DNA from: a virus
Lineage: Duplodnaviria > Caudoviricetes
Virus record (IMG/VR): IMGVR_UViG_3300035670_009774
Coordinates: 1-57,558 of that record
DNA length: 57,558 bases
Strand: one strand, 5' to 3'
Shown here in pieces: positions 32,353-40,636 of the stretch. Made by a program: the position numbers and the translations under genes. The notes beneath the pieces are model-generated. The model did not search any database, was not told the DNA's origin, and was given only the letters and a program-made list of their open reading frames with translations. Positions within the stretch are counted from its first letter, which is position 1, and each line of letters begins with the position of its first letter.

Positions 32353-33203
32353 AAACAGCAGCTTTATTGTATGTAAGAAATGATGGGTATAAAGAAGATG
32401 AACGTGTCTTAGTATGTTTAAAATCAATGCTTGATACTTTTGATGAAGTTTTTCTTTTAGATTGGAATTCACCTGAGGGAAAAAATCCATTATTATGGGA
32501 TATTGAGGATAAACTTCCAAAAACAGGTAAACTTAAACATATGGTTATTCCTCCAAATGTTGCTAAGATGTTAACTAACTATGATCCTAAAGCTCAAGTA
32601 TGTACTCAAGTAATTTCATCTAATTTAATGTTAAGACGATGTGATGCTGATTGGATTGTTGCTACAACTATTGATATTATAGCTCCTAATAAAGATAAAT
32701 TCCATGAATTTTTATCAAAAGCAGATAAAAATACTTTTTATACAGTATCTAGAAGAGATTTTGAAATTCAAGATCTTGAAAAACATGGATTTGAAAATTG
32801 GAAATCATATAGAGATATTTTAGATTCTACTTCCCAAGAACGTAGACTCCCAGCTATGGTTACACCTAATGACCATTATAGTTTAATAAATTGCTGTGGG
32901 GATTTTCAATTAGCTCATAGAGATTTATGGAATGATATTAAAGGATTCGAAGAAAAAATGCTTTATGCTTGTTTTCAAGATACTAATGTGCAAAAAAAGG
33001 CAATATTAAAAGGTTATAATTTAGAAGCTATTTATGATTTACCACTATACCACATGTCCCATAAAGGAATGGGAAATGATGGTAGTTCACCCTCAAAGCA
33101 AACCTATAATGATGCTTGGGAATGGATTGAATGGTTTGAAGAATCAAAAAATCCAAACAATTGGGGATTCTCAGATATTGATATTGAATATGAAACTTTG
33201 TAA
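32349..33203 (+). CDS. Probable glycosyltransferase (GT-A-like)
   Basis: RNDGY, LDWNS, TTIDII, GDFQL, GFEE, YH; start moved to the coupled ATG. Confidence 0.6.
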   Translation: MKTAALLYVRNDGYKEDERVLVCLKSMLDTFDEVFLLDWNSPEGKNPLLWDIEDKLPKTGKLKHMVIPPNVAKMLTNYDPKAQVCTQVISSNLMLRRCDADWIVATTIDIIAPNKDKFHEFLSKADKNTFYTVSRRDFEIQDLEKHGFENWKSYRDILDSTSQERRLPAMVTPNDHYSLINCCGDFQLAHRDLWNDIKGFEEKMLYACFQDTNVQKKAILKGYNLEAIYDLPLYHMSHKGMGNDGSSPSKQTYNDAWEWIEWFEESKNPNNWGFSDIDIEYETL

Positions 33204-33208
33204 ATAAG

Positions 33209-33240
33209 TTTGGAAACTCAAATAATTATTATTAAATTTA
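33209..33240 (+). promoter_or_regulatory. Promoter TTTG-N20-TAAATTTA
   Basis: Repeated motif. Confidence 0.6.
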
Positions 33241-33247
33241 CAATAAG

Positions 33248-33406
33248 ATGGTATTTGGATATTATTCACGAACAGATAAAACAGAAGAAATTGTTAATAA
33301 AACAGTAGGATTTTCACGTTTACAAGCCGCTAAACATTTTGCCGCTCGTAAACAGTTAGATATTAAAACGTTTCTAAAACTATATGCTGTAAAAACAATA
33401 GTATGA
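33248..33406 (+). CDS. Small hypothetical protein (52 aa, absent from ORF track)
   Basis: MVFGYYSRTDKTEE...AVKTIV*, behind promoter, ATGA-coupled to next gene. Confidence 0.7.
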   Translation: MVFGYYSRTDKTEEIVNKTVGFSRLQAAKHFAARKQLDIKTFLKLYAVKTIV

Positions 33407-33774
33407 ATCCTTTCGGTAAAAATTTAAACATAAAAAAACGTAATCCTGAATATACTGAAAAGGAAATATTCTTAGATATTGTTTTAACGGTTGATGAGTG
33501 TTGGAAACGAACTCGCCATATGGAGGAAGAAATGGAAATGGGAATGTCTTCATATGAAGAACCATTTTATTTAGTTATCGAAAATCTAGTATTTTTACAT
33601 TATGGTGAGTGGAAAGGACATATAATTTTGTGGTGGTTGTTTGAACGTTTTAGTGAAGAAGGTGAATTATTACCTATTACTCTTAATGATGATGATGAAC
33701 AAACCTCAGAAGACATTTTAATAAAAGACCCAGAGGAACTTTGGGCATTAATTAAAAAAATTGAATTAAAATAA
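33403..33774 (+). CDS. Hypothetical protein
   Basis: ORF track. Confidence 0.7.
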   Translation: MNPFGKNLNIKKRNPEYTEKEIFLDIVLTVDECWKRTRHMEEEMEMGMSSYEEPFYLVIENLVFLHYGEWKGHIILWWLFERFSEEGELLPITLNDDDEQTSEDILIKDPEELWALIKKIELK

Positions 33775-33789
33775 AAGTTGTAGATAATT

Positions 33790-34104
33790 ATGGTTATGGC
33801 AAAGTATTGTATTGGATGTGGTGAACAAATTCACCCAAAGCGTGTAGAAATTCTTCCAAACACAAAAACATGTGTAGGATGTTCAACAACAGGAGCAAAA
33901 CGAGGTATTCCTGTTTTACATGGTAATGTTGATAAAGATGACACTTGGGTAGATATGGTGTTTATGGAAGCAGACGAATATGAAAGCTACATGGAACAAG
34001 AAGGAAAATTAAAACGTATTGTATCTAATGCTCCTAAAGCCGAATATCAGAATTATGATACTGATGTTGAAGAATCAACTCATCCAACATTTGAAGAAGA
34101 GTAA
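33790..34104 (+). CDS. DksA/TraR C4 zinc-finger protein
   Basis: CIGCGEQIHPKRVEILPNTKTCVGC. Confidence 0.75.
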   Translation: MVMAKYCIGCGEQIHPKRVEILPNTKTCVGCSTTGAKRGIPVLHGNVDKDDTWVDMVFMEADEYESYMEQEGKLKRIVSNAPKAEYQNYDTDVEESTHPTFEEE

Positions 34105-34748
34105 TGCCTAAAGCTAAACCACTAGGAAAAGAACTTATTTTAGCTGCTATGGCTAAAACTAAATCAAATAAGGCCGCTGCTCGTTATTTGAATTGTTCTT
34201 ATATCCATTACAAAATGTGGGCTAAAAGATATGACGCTACTGAACCTGGGTATCCTGATTTATTTGAACAACATAAAAACCAATCTGGTAAAGGTATCCC
34301 TAAATTTTTAAGTAATGGTAATCCAAGAAAGGATTTTGCATTACTTGATTTAATTGAAGGTAGAATTGATCCATCTTCATTTAATCCTAATAAAATCAAA
34401 TATAGATTGTTACAAGAGGGTTATATGAAGGAGGAATGTTATTCGTGTGGATTCCATGAGCATCGCTTACTAGACTATAAAATGCCGCTTTTAATGCATT
34501 TTAAAGACGGAAACAAACAACACTACCGTCTTGAAAATCTAGAAATGTTATGTTACAATTGTTATTTTCTCCAAATTGGAGACATATTTAGTGATAAACA
34601 ACTTGAAGGTTTAGAAGAACATTTAATCAAAAATGAATCTAAAGTTGATTGGGAAGTAGATGATTATACTCAACAACGTTTAAGAGAATTAGGATTATAT
34701 GACCCCAAACCAGTTGATGATGGTAGTGAATTTGTATCAAGATTATGA
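34104..34748 (+). CDS. HTH plus degenerate HNH-like protein
   Basis: SNKAAARYLNCSY (HTH); CYSCG...HFKDGN...LENLEMLCYNC. Confidence 0.7.
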   Translation: MPKAKPLGKELILAAMAKTKSNKAAARYLNCSYIHYKMWAKRYDATEPGYPDLFEQHKNQSGKGIPKFLSNGNPRKDFALLDLIEGRIDPSSFNPNKIKYRLLQEGYMKEECYSCGFHEHRLLDYKMPLLMHFKDGNKQHYRLENLEMLCYNCYFLQIGDIFSDKQLEGLEEHLIKNESKVDWEVDDYTQQRLRELGLYDPKPVDDGSEFVSRL

Positions 34749-34933
34749 GTAAAAAACGAGTACCATTATTAAAAAAAGGCAAGCATAAAAAACATGATGC
34801 TATTGTAAATGATTTTGATAATCAAAAAACAAAACATCTTGAAAAACTTGCTACTAAAATGCTTAAAGATCAAGATAAAATAGATCAACTAAAATCAAAA
34901 AACATTAATACAGACTTTTTAAATTTATTTTAA
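34745..34933 (+). CDS. Small basic hypothetical protein
   Basis: ORF track. Confidence 0.6.
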   Translation: MSKKRVPLLKKGKHKKHDAIVNDFDNQKTKHLEKLATKMLKDQDKIDQLKSKNINTDFLNLF

Positions 34934-34934
34934 T

Positions 34935-35276
34935 ATGGCAGTAGAAATCACAGTACAGAACTCAGATGAATTTCAAGAAATGGTAGATACTAAAGACTTT
35001 CGTATTTCGGAAGCAGTTGTATCCGGTATTTTAAAAAATATTGATTCAAAGAAAAAACATATTCATGTATTATCTATAGCTTGTATAGAAGACGATGCTA
35101 TCTACGATATTACAGTTGAACGTAAACATTTTGCAGAAACATTAGAAGAAAATTTACCTTATTATGTTCAAGAAGAACGTTATGAAGATTGTAGGGTAAT
35201 AGCTGATACTATTAAAAAACTAAAAGACCAAGAAGTTGGAACTTTAGTAGATAGTCTCAAAAAATCTAAAAAGTAA
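34935..35276 (+). CDS. Hypothetical protein with UVR-like motif
   Basis: EERYEDCRVI. Confidence 0.65.
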   Translation: MAVEITVQNSDEFQEMVDTKDFRISEAVVSGILKNIDSKKKHIHVLSIACIEDDAIYDITVERKHFAETLEENLPYYVQEERYEDCRVIADTIKKLKDQEVGTLVDSLKKSKK

Positions 35277-35308
35277 TTTGGTTCCCTGAAATAGGATACT
35301 TATATTTA
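35277..35308 (+). promoter_or_regulatory. Promoter TTTG-N20-TATATTTA
   Basis: Repeated motif. Confidence 0.75.
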
Positions 35309-35330
35309 CGGAAACAAAAAAATAAAAGTT

Positions 35331-35663
35331 ATGAAAGAAAACAAAATGTTTACCCAACAAACAATTAATTTTGTTAAAAAGCATGTTAAAAATGCTTTGA
35401 GTATTGTAGTAGTAGCATCTGTTGCTACAGCATCCTTTAAGTTAGGAGCTAAGTATGGTACTCCTGAAGAAAAGCAAGTTGAAAATCCATATGCTCATGC
35501 TTTTTCCCCTGAAGAAATTTCTATTGCTGTTAATGAGAGTAACGAATTGATTATGATTGAGAGAGCTACAGGTGAATATATCGTTTACAGCGATAAGATT
35601 GGACAAACAATCTTTGGTATGTATGCTAACCGTATTAGTCAAGAAATCAATGCTAGTAAATAG
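35331..35663 (+). CDS. Membrane-anchored hypothetical protein
   Basis: One N-terminal hydrophobic segment. Confidence 0.65.
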   Translation: MKENKMFTQQTINFVKKHVKNALSIVVVASVATASFKLGAKYGTPEEKQVENPYAHAFSPEEISIAVNESNELIMIERATGEYIVYSDKIGQTIFGMYANRISQEINASK

Positions 35664-36168
35664 TCTTAAAATCGGTATTGCAGTGGGAGCATTAGCTGTC
35701 GCTGCATTAACCGTTACTAGTAAGGAAAAAGATACACTCACAGATGTAAGAATTCCTGATAGTATCGATCAATCATCTCCTGTAAGTTTACAAATGTATC
35801 AACATATTAAGGAATATGCTGATTCATTTAATATTCCTTTAAAATATGCTTTTGGTGTTGCAAATACTGAAACAGGATATAGAGGCCCATTTCATTGGAA
35901 ATACAACCCAGCTCAAACATCTTCAGCAGGTGCTGTAGGTCCAATGCAAGTAATGGTATCAACTGCTCGTTGGATTAATAAAGATAAAGTATCTAAAGAA
36001 CGATTAAGAACTGATATTGAATATAATATCTATACTTCAATGAAACTTTTACGTATTTTATTTAACAAAAATAGAGATTGGAAAGTAGCATTTGGAGAAT
36101 ATAATACTGGTCGTCCTTGTATTAATGGATATTCACATAAAGTTTACAATTACAACCCAAATTGGTAA
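35650..36168 (+). CDS. Lytic transglycosylase (SLT domain) with N-terminal signal-anchor
   Basis: VANTETGY, SSAGAVGPMQV, YNTG; start moved to ATG 35650. Confidence 0.85.
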   Translation: MLVNSLKIGIAVGALAVAALTVTSKEKDTLTDVRIPDSIDQSSPVSLQMYQHIKEYADSFNIPLKYAFGVANTETGYRGPFHWKYNPAQTSSAGAVGPMQVMVSTARWINKDKVSKERLRTDIEYNIYTSMKLLRILFNKNRDWKVAFGEYNTGRPCINGYSHKVYNYNPNW

Positions 36169-36213
36169 AAAAATTGCGATATGTATTAGGGTACGTTTTA
36201 ATCCTAATAAGTA

Positions 36214-36357
36214 ATGGCAAAATTAAAATCTCAATCAGTAACCCTAAAAAAAGATTCATCTAAAGTAAGCAGACCAGGTGTTCATGCTAAAACAAAAACA
36301 AGTAAATTAAAATCAAGCAAAAAATATCGAAAATTATATAAAGGTCAAGGAAAATAA
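36214..36357 (+). CDS. Small very basic protein ending YKGQGK (47 aa, absent from ORF track)
   Basis: MAKLKSQS...RPGVHAK...KYRKLYKGQGK*. Confidence 0.7.
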   Translation: MAKLKSQSVTLKKDSSKVSRPGVHAKTKTSKLKSSKKYRKLYKGQGK

Positions 36358-36377
36358 AATTATAAATTATAAAAGTT

Positions 36378-36515
36378 ATGAGTAAAACAAGCAATCATGC
36401 AAAACTAGAATGTCTAAAAGCTTGGACTGAAAATCGTAAGTTTAAAGCTAAAAGAAAACCTAAAAAACAACCTCTTTGGTTAAAAGATATGCATCGTGAA
36501 GAAGATGAAGATTGA
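36378..36515 (+). CDS. Small hypothetical protein (45 aa)
   Basis: AAAAGTT-ATG start context; MSKTSNHAKLECLKAW... Confidence 0.55.
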   Translation: MSKTSNHAKLECLKAWTENRKFKAKRKPKKQPLWLKDMHREEDED

Positions 36516-36678
36516 TGGTAATACTATTGACTTTTTCTCCTCTATCCCAGATGATGTTTTAGCTAAAGTAGCATTTTATGATTGGAAAGCTTTAGAGAGA
36601 TTGTGTATTGCTTTAACTTTAGATCTCCAATTAATATATGAATCCATCCCAGAATCTGATGTAGATTATGTAAATTAA
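36505..36678 (+). CDS. Hypothetical protein
   Basis: ORF track. Confidence 0.55.
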   Translation: MKIDGNTIDFFSSIPDDVLAKVAFYDWKALERLCIALTLDLQLIYESIPESDVDYVN

Positions 36679-36698
36679 TTTTTTTTTTTATAAAAATG

Positions 36699-36730
36699 TT
36701 TGGAGGAGCGAAAGCTCCTTCGTATATTTA
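36699..36730 (+). promoter_or_regulatory. Promoter with internal hairpin GGAGGAGC-GAAA-GCTCCTTC
   Basis: TTTG-N20-TATATTTA, spacer forms an 8-bp stem. Confidence 0.85.
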
Positions 36731-36748
36731 TCACATAAAATAAAGGTT

Positions 36749-37210
36749 ATGGCACTTTGGAGATTTAGCAATTTAAACAAGTATGGTAATTGGAGGTATA
36801 GGATTATTTCTTGGCCTGATAATAAACCATTTTCACATGGTCCTGGTTATGGTAAAGCAGTTGGAGTACAACGTTTTAAATATGAGTATGAACATGCTTA
36901 TATAGCTCCTGCATTATTTACTTCACCTCGAGATGGACAAAAATATATCATCCCAGGTTGGATAAAAGTACATCCTGATACTCAATTAAAGGATATTAAT
37001 TGGATTAAACCTGAACCTAAAGTAGTTGCAAAACAAGATGCTCCTACAACTCATGAAGAATTTAAATTCGAATCCAAAAGCGAACCAGGTAGTTTTTATG
37101 TTGTTCGAGTAATAGGAGATAAAGTAAAATGTAATTGTGCTGGTCAATATCGAGCTAAAGATAGACAATGTAAACACATGAAAGAAGTTAAACAGAAATT
37201 AGGTCTATGA
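36749..37210 (+). CDS. SWIM zinc-finger protein
   Basis: YVV...KCNCAG...QCKH. Confidence 0.75.
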   Translation: MALWRFSNLNKYGNWRYRIISWPDNKPFSHGPGYGKAVGVQRFKYEYEHAYIAPALFTSPRDGQKYIIPGWIKVHPDTQLKDINWIKPEPKVVAKQDAPTTHEEFKFESKSEPGSFYVVRVIGDKVKCNCAGQYRAKDRQCKHMKEVKQKLGL

Positions 37211-37599
37211 AGTGTAGAGTAGAATGGTGTAATCATGAAACAGAGTTTTATAACAAAAAACAACGTTACAAATACTGCTCTACCCATATTCAGTATAAAC
37301 AATATGCTTCTAATGCTCCTGTACGTCCTTGGTTGATGTATAAAGTAGAAAAAGTAGTAAATAATGATTTAGTTTGTGAACACTGTAGTTTAGATATGGT
37401 TAAACATTATAAAAATACTAATCTAAAAGCCATACTTACAGCAATGGATGTTGACCATATTGATTCAGCTATTAAAGGTACTCCTGAAGGTGAACAACCA
37501 AACAACTACCAATTACTTTGTAAAATGTGTCACATTATTAAGTCATATGATGAAGGTGATTATGTAAATAAAAAATACAAAAAAGATTTGGAATCCTGA
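37207..37599 (+). CDS. HNH endonuclease
   Basis: CEHC...DVDHID...NYQLLCKMCHIIKS. Confidence 0.82.
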   Translation: MKCRVEWCNHETEFYNKKQRYKYCSTHIQYKQYASNAPVRPWLMYKVEKVVNNDLVCEHCSLDMVKHYKNTNLKAILTAMDVDHIDSAIKGTPEGEQPNNYQLLCKMCHIIKSYDEGDYVNKKYKKDLES

Positions 37600-37618
37600 G
37601 ATCCTGTTCGTATATTCC
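37587..37618 (+). promoter_or_regulatory. Promoter TTTG-N20-TATATTCC
   Basis: Repeated motif overlapping the HNH stop codon. Confidence 0.75.
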
Positions 37619-37637
37619 CCATATAAAGATAAAGGTT

Positions 37638-38066
37638 ATGACAGAAAAAACAGAACGTAGAGGTAGACCAGCAGAAACTCCATTCGAAAAACCAGAAAAA
37701 TGGACTCGTGAATTTTATGAAGTACCAACTAAACCTGAGTTGGGTTATAAAATGACTTATTATTACGACATTAATAAGAGTGTTAATGGTCCGTATAAAA
37801 CAGAAATTGTTTATCCTAAAGGTTATAAACATGATAAATTTAAGGTTGAAAAAGGTAAAGCATATAATAAACAACCTGTTGTTTTAGTATTTAAAACATC
37901 AAATCGTTCAAATGCCCAAACCAAAATGAAGGTATTTGCAAATGAAAATATTGACTACATAATGTCAGCTGATAAATTAGTAGGTGTACCTGAAACAGCA
38001 ATTATTTTAGAATGTGGAGTAGGTGAAAGCTTTATTGAAGCTTGGAAATCTAAATACTCTCTTTAA
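37638..38066 (+). CDS. Hypothetical protein (N-terminal RRGRP AT-hook-like)
   Basis: ORF track, AAAGGTT-ATG start. Confidence 0.7.
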   Translation: MTEKTERRGRPAETPFEKPEKWTREFYEVPTKPELGYKMTYYYDINKSVNGPYKTEIVYPKGYKHDKFKVEKGKAYNKQPVVLVFKTSNRSNAQTKMKVFANENIDYIMSADKLVGVPETAIILECGVGESFIEAWKSKYSL

Positions 38067-38093
38067 TATTTATAACATATAATTTAAAATAAA

Positions 38094-38822
38094 ATGGCTA
38101 CAAGAGCATTAATTGGATACATTGAAAACGGGGTTTTAACTTCAACATACAACCACTATGATGGTTATCCTGAAAATTTGGGTAAAGCATTAGAGAGTTT
38201 TTATAATACCCCTGAAAAAGCAAAAGAGATTGCTAATAAAGGATATGTTAGTTATATTTCTCCTGAAACTGGAGAAATTGAAGCAAACAACAAACAAGCC
38301 CCAGGTAAAGTTAAGTTATCTGCTAATTTTTTAGATGCTATGGATGAAATAGCTGAAGAAATTGATTCTTATGGTGGTGATTATGGATACATTTGGGATA
38401 ATTCAAAAGGTGAATGGATTACTATTGAAAATGAGGGTATTGGAGAAATGTCCCAAGATTTAGAAATGCAATTAGCTCACTTAAAAGATGAATTTGATGC
38501 TGAAGAAGTAGATGAAGCTTATCACGTTGGTGATAACAAAGAAGTAGTTACTAAAGAAGCTGAAGATAAAGTAGATTCACAAGAATCATTTGCTAAAGTA
38601 TTATCTCAAGCAATTTTTAAATTACAAGACGAACCTAAAGATATGCTTAGCGCTTATAAAGATTCGGTAGCTAATGATGTTCGTTTAAATGGTGTTGAAC
38701 AGTATGCTGATTATACAGTAGAAGATTTTATCGAAGATTATAATAATTATATCCAAGATAAAATGGAATTAGACGAAAACTTTATTCGTCAAATGAAATA
38801 TAAAGCAGGTATTATTAAATAA
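38094..38822 (+). CDS. Acidic phage protein (MATR...HYDGYP...G family)
   Basis: Common phage N-terminal motif; C-terminus RQMKYKAGIIK. Confidence 0.75.
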   Translation: MATRALIGYIENGVLTSTYNHYDGYPENLGKALESFYNTPEKAKEIANKGYVSYISPETGEIEANNKQAPGKVKLSANFLDAMDEIAEEIDSYGGDYGYIWDNSKGEWITIENEGIGEMSQDLEMQLAHLKDEFDAEEVDEAYHVGDNKEVVTKEAEDKVDSQESFAKVLSQAIFKLQDEPKDMLSAYKDSVANDVRLNGVEQYADYTVEDFIEDYNNYIQDKMELDENFIRQMKYKAGIIK

Positions 38823-38840
38823 TTTAGAATCATTCTAAAT
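38822..38840. promoter_or_regulatory. Perfect 9-1-9 palindrome, Fur-box-like
   Basis: ATTTAGAAT-C-ATTCTAAAT. Confidence 0.6.
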
Positions 38841-38850
38841 GACGAAGGGA

Positions 38851-38882
38851 TTTGGCTTTGCCGGATCCCTTTCGTATATTTC
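38851..38882 (+). promoter_or_regulatory. Promoter TTTG-N20-TATATTTC overlapped by a hairpin
   Basis: GAAGGGAT...ATCCCTTT stem at 38844-38872. Confidence 0.75.
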
Positions 38883-38886
38883 CGAC

Positions 38887-39024
38887 ATGATGAAAAAGTT
38901 AGAAAAGATAGAATTGACAATCCACGAGTGGAACGAAGCTATGCGTATGCCAACTCCACATCGCAACAAAAAGAAATACTACAGAAAAGAAAAGCACAAA
39001 GATGCTTGGAAATCTGAAAAATAG
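38887..39024 (+). CDS. Small basic protein (KKKYYRKEKHK)
   Basis: Start moved downstream of the promoter. Confidence 0.6.
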   Translation: MMKKLEKIELTIHEWNEAMRMPTPHRNKKKYYRKEKHKDAWKSEK

Positions 39025-39036
39025 TTCGTATATTTA
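39005..39036 (+). promoter_or_regulatory. Promoter CTTG-N20-TATATTTA
   Basis: Repeated motif. Confidence 0.8.
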
Positions 39037-39059
39037 CCGAGTAAGAAAAAATAAAGGTT

Positions 39060-39407
39060 ATGGAAAATAAAAATTTGTTTATTGAGTTAGCTAGAGTATT
39101 AAATGCTAAAGGTGCTAACATTGAAATGGAGTATTGTTTTATTGGTGAAGAGTGTGTCCCCTCTAATACCCCAGTAGTTCGTGGTTATATGGGTCCTGAA
39201 GGTGAGGGATTTTATTTCCGTGCCAATCGTAATTATTTTGGAATTAGCGAATCAGAAATAGCTAGTGTATTCCCAATTTCAATTGAAGATCATGATGTAC
39301 GTATGGTAAGCTTCAGTGAATATGAAGTTGAGTTTGATAATGATCGCTCATACCCAGAATCATTTTCATTTATTATTGAAAAAAATGGCCAAAACATTTT
39401 AAAATAA
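39060..39407 (+). CDS. Hypothetical protein
   Basis: ORF track, AAAGGTT-ATG. Confidence 0.7.
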   Translation: MENKNLFIELARVLNAKGANIEMEYCFIGEECVPSNTPVVRGYMGPEGEGFYFRANRNYFGISESEIASVFPISIEDHDVRMVSFSEYEVEFDNDRSYPESFSFIIEKNGQNILK

Positions 39408-39412
39408 AAGTT

Positions 39413-39550
39413 ATGTTATTAGAAGATTTAACCTGTATTGATGATTTGTATTATATTGGCGATATTGCTGATGTAGACGGTAGTCCTTGGGTTGATCAAG
39501 CAACTGCTGAATTAATTCTTTTAGAATTTAATGCAGGAATTCAAAAATAA
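39413..39550 (+). CDS. Small acidic protein (45 aa)
   Basis: AAAAGTT-ATG; MLLEDLTCIDDLYYIGD... Confidence 0.55.
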   Translation: MLLEDLTCIDDLYYIGDIADVDGSPWVDQATAELILLEFNAGIQK

Positions 39551-39551
39551 A

Positions 39552-39583
39552 TTTGGCTCCCCGAAATTTCGTTCGTATATTTA
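39552..39583 (+). promoter_or_regulatory. Promoter TTTG-N20-TATATTTA
   Basis: Repeated motif. Confidence 0.8.
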
Positions 39584-39607
39584 CACATAAGATAAAAGAT
39601 AAAGGTT

Positions 39608-40000
39608 ATGAAAAACACACAAAAATCAATTTTGACAGCAGAGTGGCTTACAATTAAATCAATGTATGAAGCCAACACAAATGGTTCAAACAAATATGGT
39701 ACTAATTTTCCAATCAATGGTGAATTAGACCAATTATCATTAGACTTTATTGATAAATTGGGTGTCTTGACAACACAATTAGGCTTTGAATGTACTGTAG
39801 ATGGTGTTCATATGAATTTGTGGAAAGAACGTATTTGGTCACTTGTTGAAAATGCTGGTCTTCTCCAAGACATTGCCTGGAAAACAGATCTGGAAGACGA
39901 AGAGGCAGAAATTCAAGACAACTGGTATTCAGTTGAAGATGAGTTTGATGCTGATATGGAAGCTCAAAGTTTTGAAGTATTTGGTCTTAATAAAATCTAA
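39608..40000 (+). CDS. Hypothetical protein with acidic tail
   Basis: ORF track. Confidence 0.7.
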   Translation: MKNTQKSILTAEWLTIKSMYEANTNGSNKYGTNFPINGELDQLSLDFIDKLGVLTTQLGFECTVDGVHMNLWKERIWSLVENAGLLQDIAWKTDLEDEEAEIQDNWYSVEDEFDADMEAQSFEVFGLNKI

Positions 40001-40003
40001 GAT

Positions 40004-40138
40004 ATGACACCCGAACTAAAAGAACGTTTGTATAGAGAATTGATGCAAATATTAATGTCCCTTGAAGAAAGTGATTTTAATGGAGCAACAATGGAACTTG
40101 AAGATTTAATTAACCGTTTAAAATACGATAAACTATGA
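40004..40138 (+). CDS. Small hypothetical protein (44 aa)
   Basis: Fills the gap; ATGA-coupled to 40135. Confidence 0.55.
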   Translation: MTPELKERLYRELMQILMSLEESDFNGATMELEDLINRLKYDKL

Positions 40139-40359
40139 AATTTTTGAAACTAACAGGATATGGAAATAGTCATTCACATCTAATTCCCCTAAAATCAATT
40201 ACTGATATTGAATTTGAAGTTAATTATACTTCGGTTACTCTATCTAGTGGTCGCAGTGTAAACGTAGTAGAAACTGAAGAAGATTTTGAAAAAATCATTA
40301 ATTTTTCTGGAGGATATATTATAAATGAAAATTCAATTAATAATGATTTGCCTTTTTAA
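40135..40359 (+). CDS. Hypothetical protein
   Basis: ORF track. Confidence 0.6.
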   Translation: MKFLKLTGYGNSHSHLIPLKSITDIEFEVNYTSVTLSSGRSVNVVETEEDFEKIINFSGGYIINENSINNDLPF

Positions 40360-40587
40360 ATGAAACCAAAGCTTACCTTAGATCTACATGGTATTAAACA
40401 TCAAGATGTAGAACTTATGTTAGAAAATTTTTTTCTATGGGAAAATAATATTGTAAAACAAACAGTCCAAATTATTTCTGGCAATTCTACTGATATGAAA
40501 AGAATTGTTTGTAAATGGCTTGATTCTAATGAATTTTCTTATTACATTCCCTCAAATAATTTAGGCACTATTTATGTAAATGGATAA
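40360..40587 (+). CDS. Stand-alone Smr-domain-like protein
   Basis: LDLHG...IISG...NLG. Confidence 0.7.
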   Translation: MKPKLTLDLHGIKHQDVELMLENFFLWENNIVKQTVQIISGNSTDMKRIVCKWLDSNEFSYYIPSNNLGTIYVNG

Positions 40588-40636
40588 ACTCTAAATATTT
40601 ATTATCACATTAGTTTTATAAAATAGTTTACATATA

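Noticed and set aside
36679-36689. T11 homopolymer as a phase-variation tract
   Set aside because: Intergenic, upstream of the -33 box and outside the spacer; more simply an AT-rich UP-like element or terminator tail
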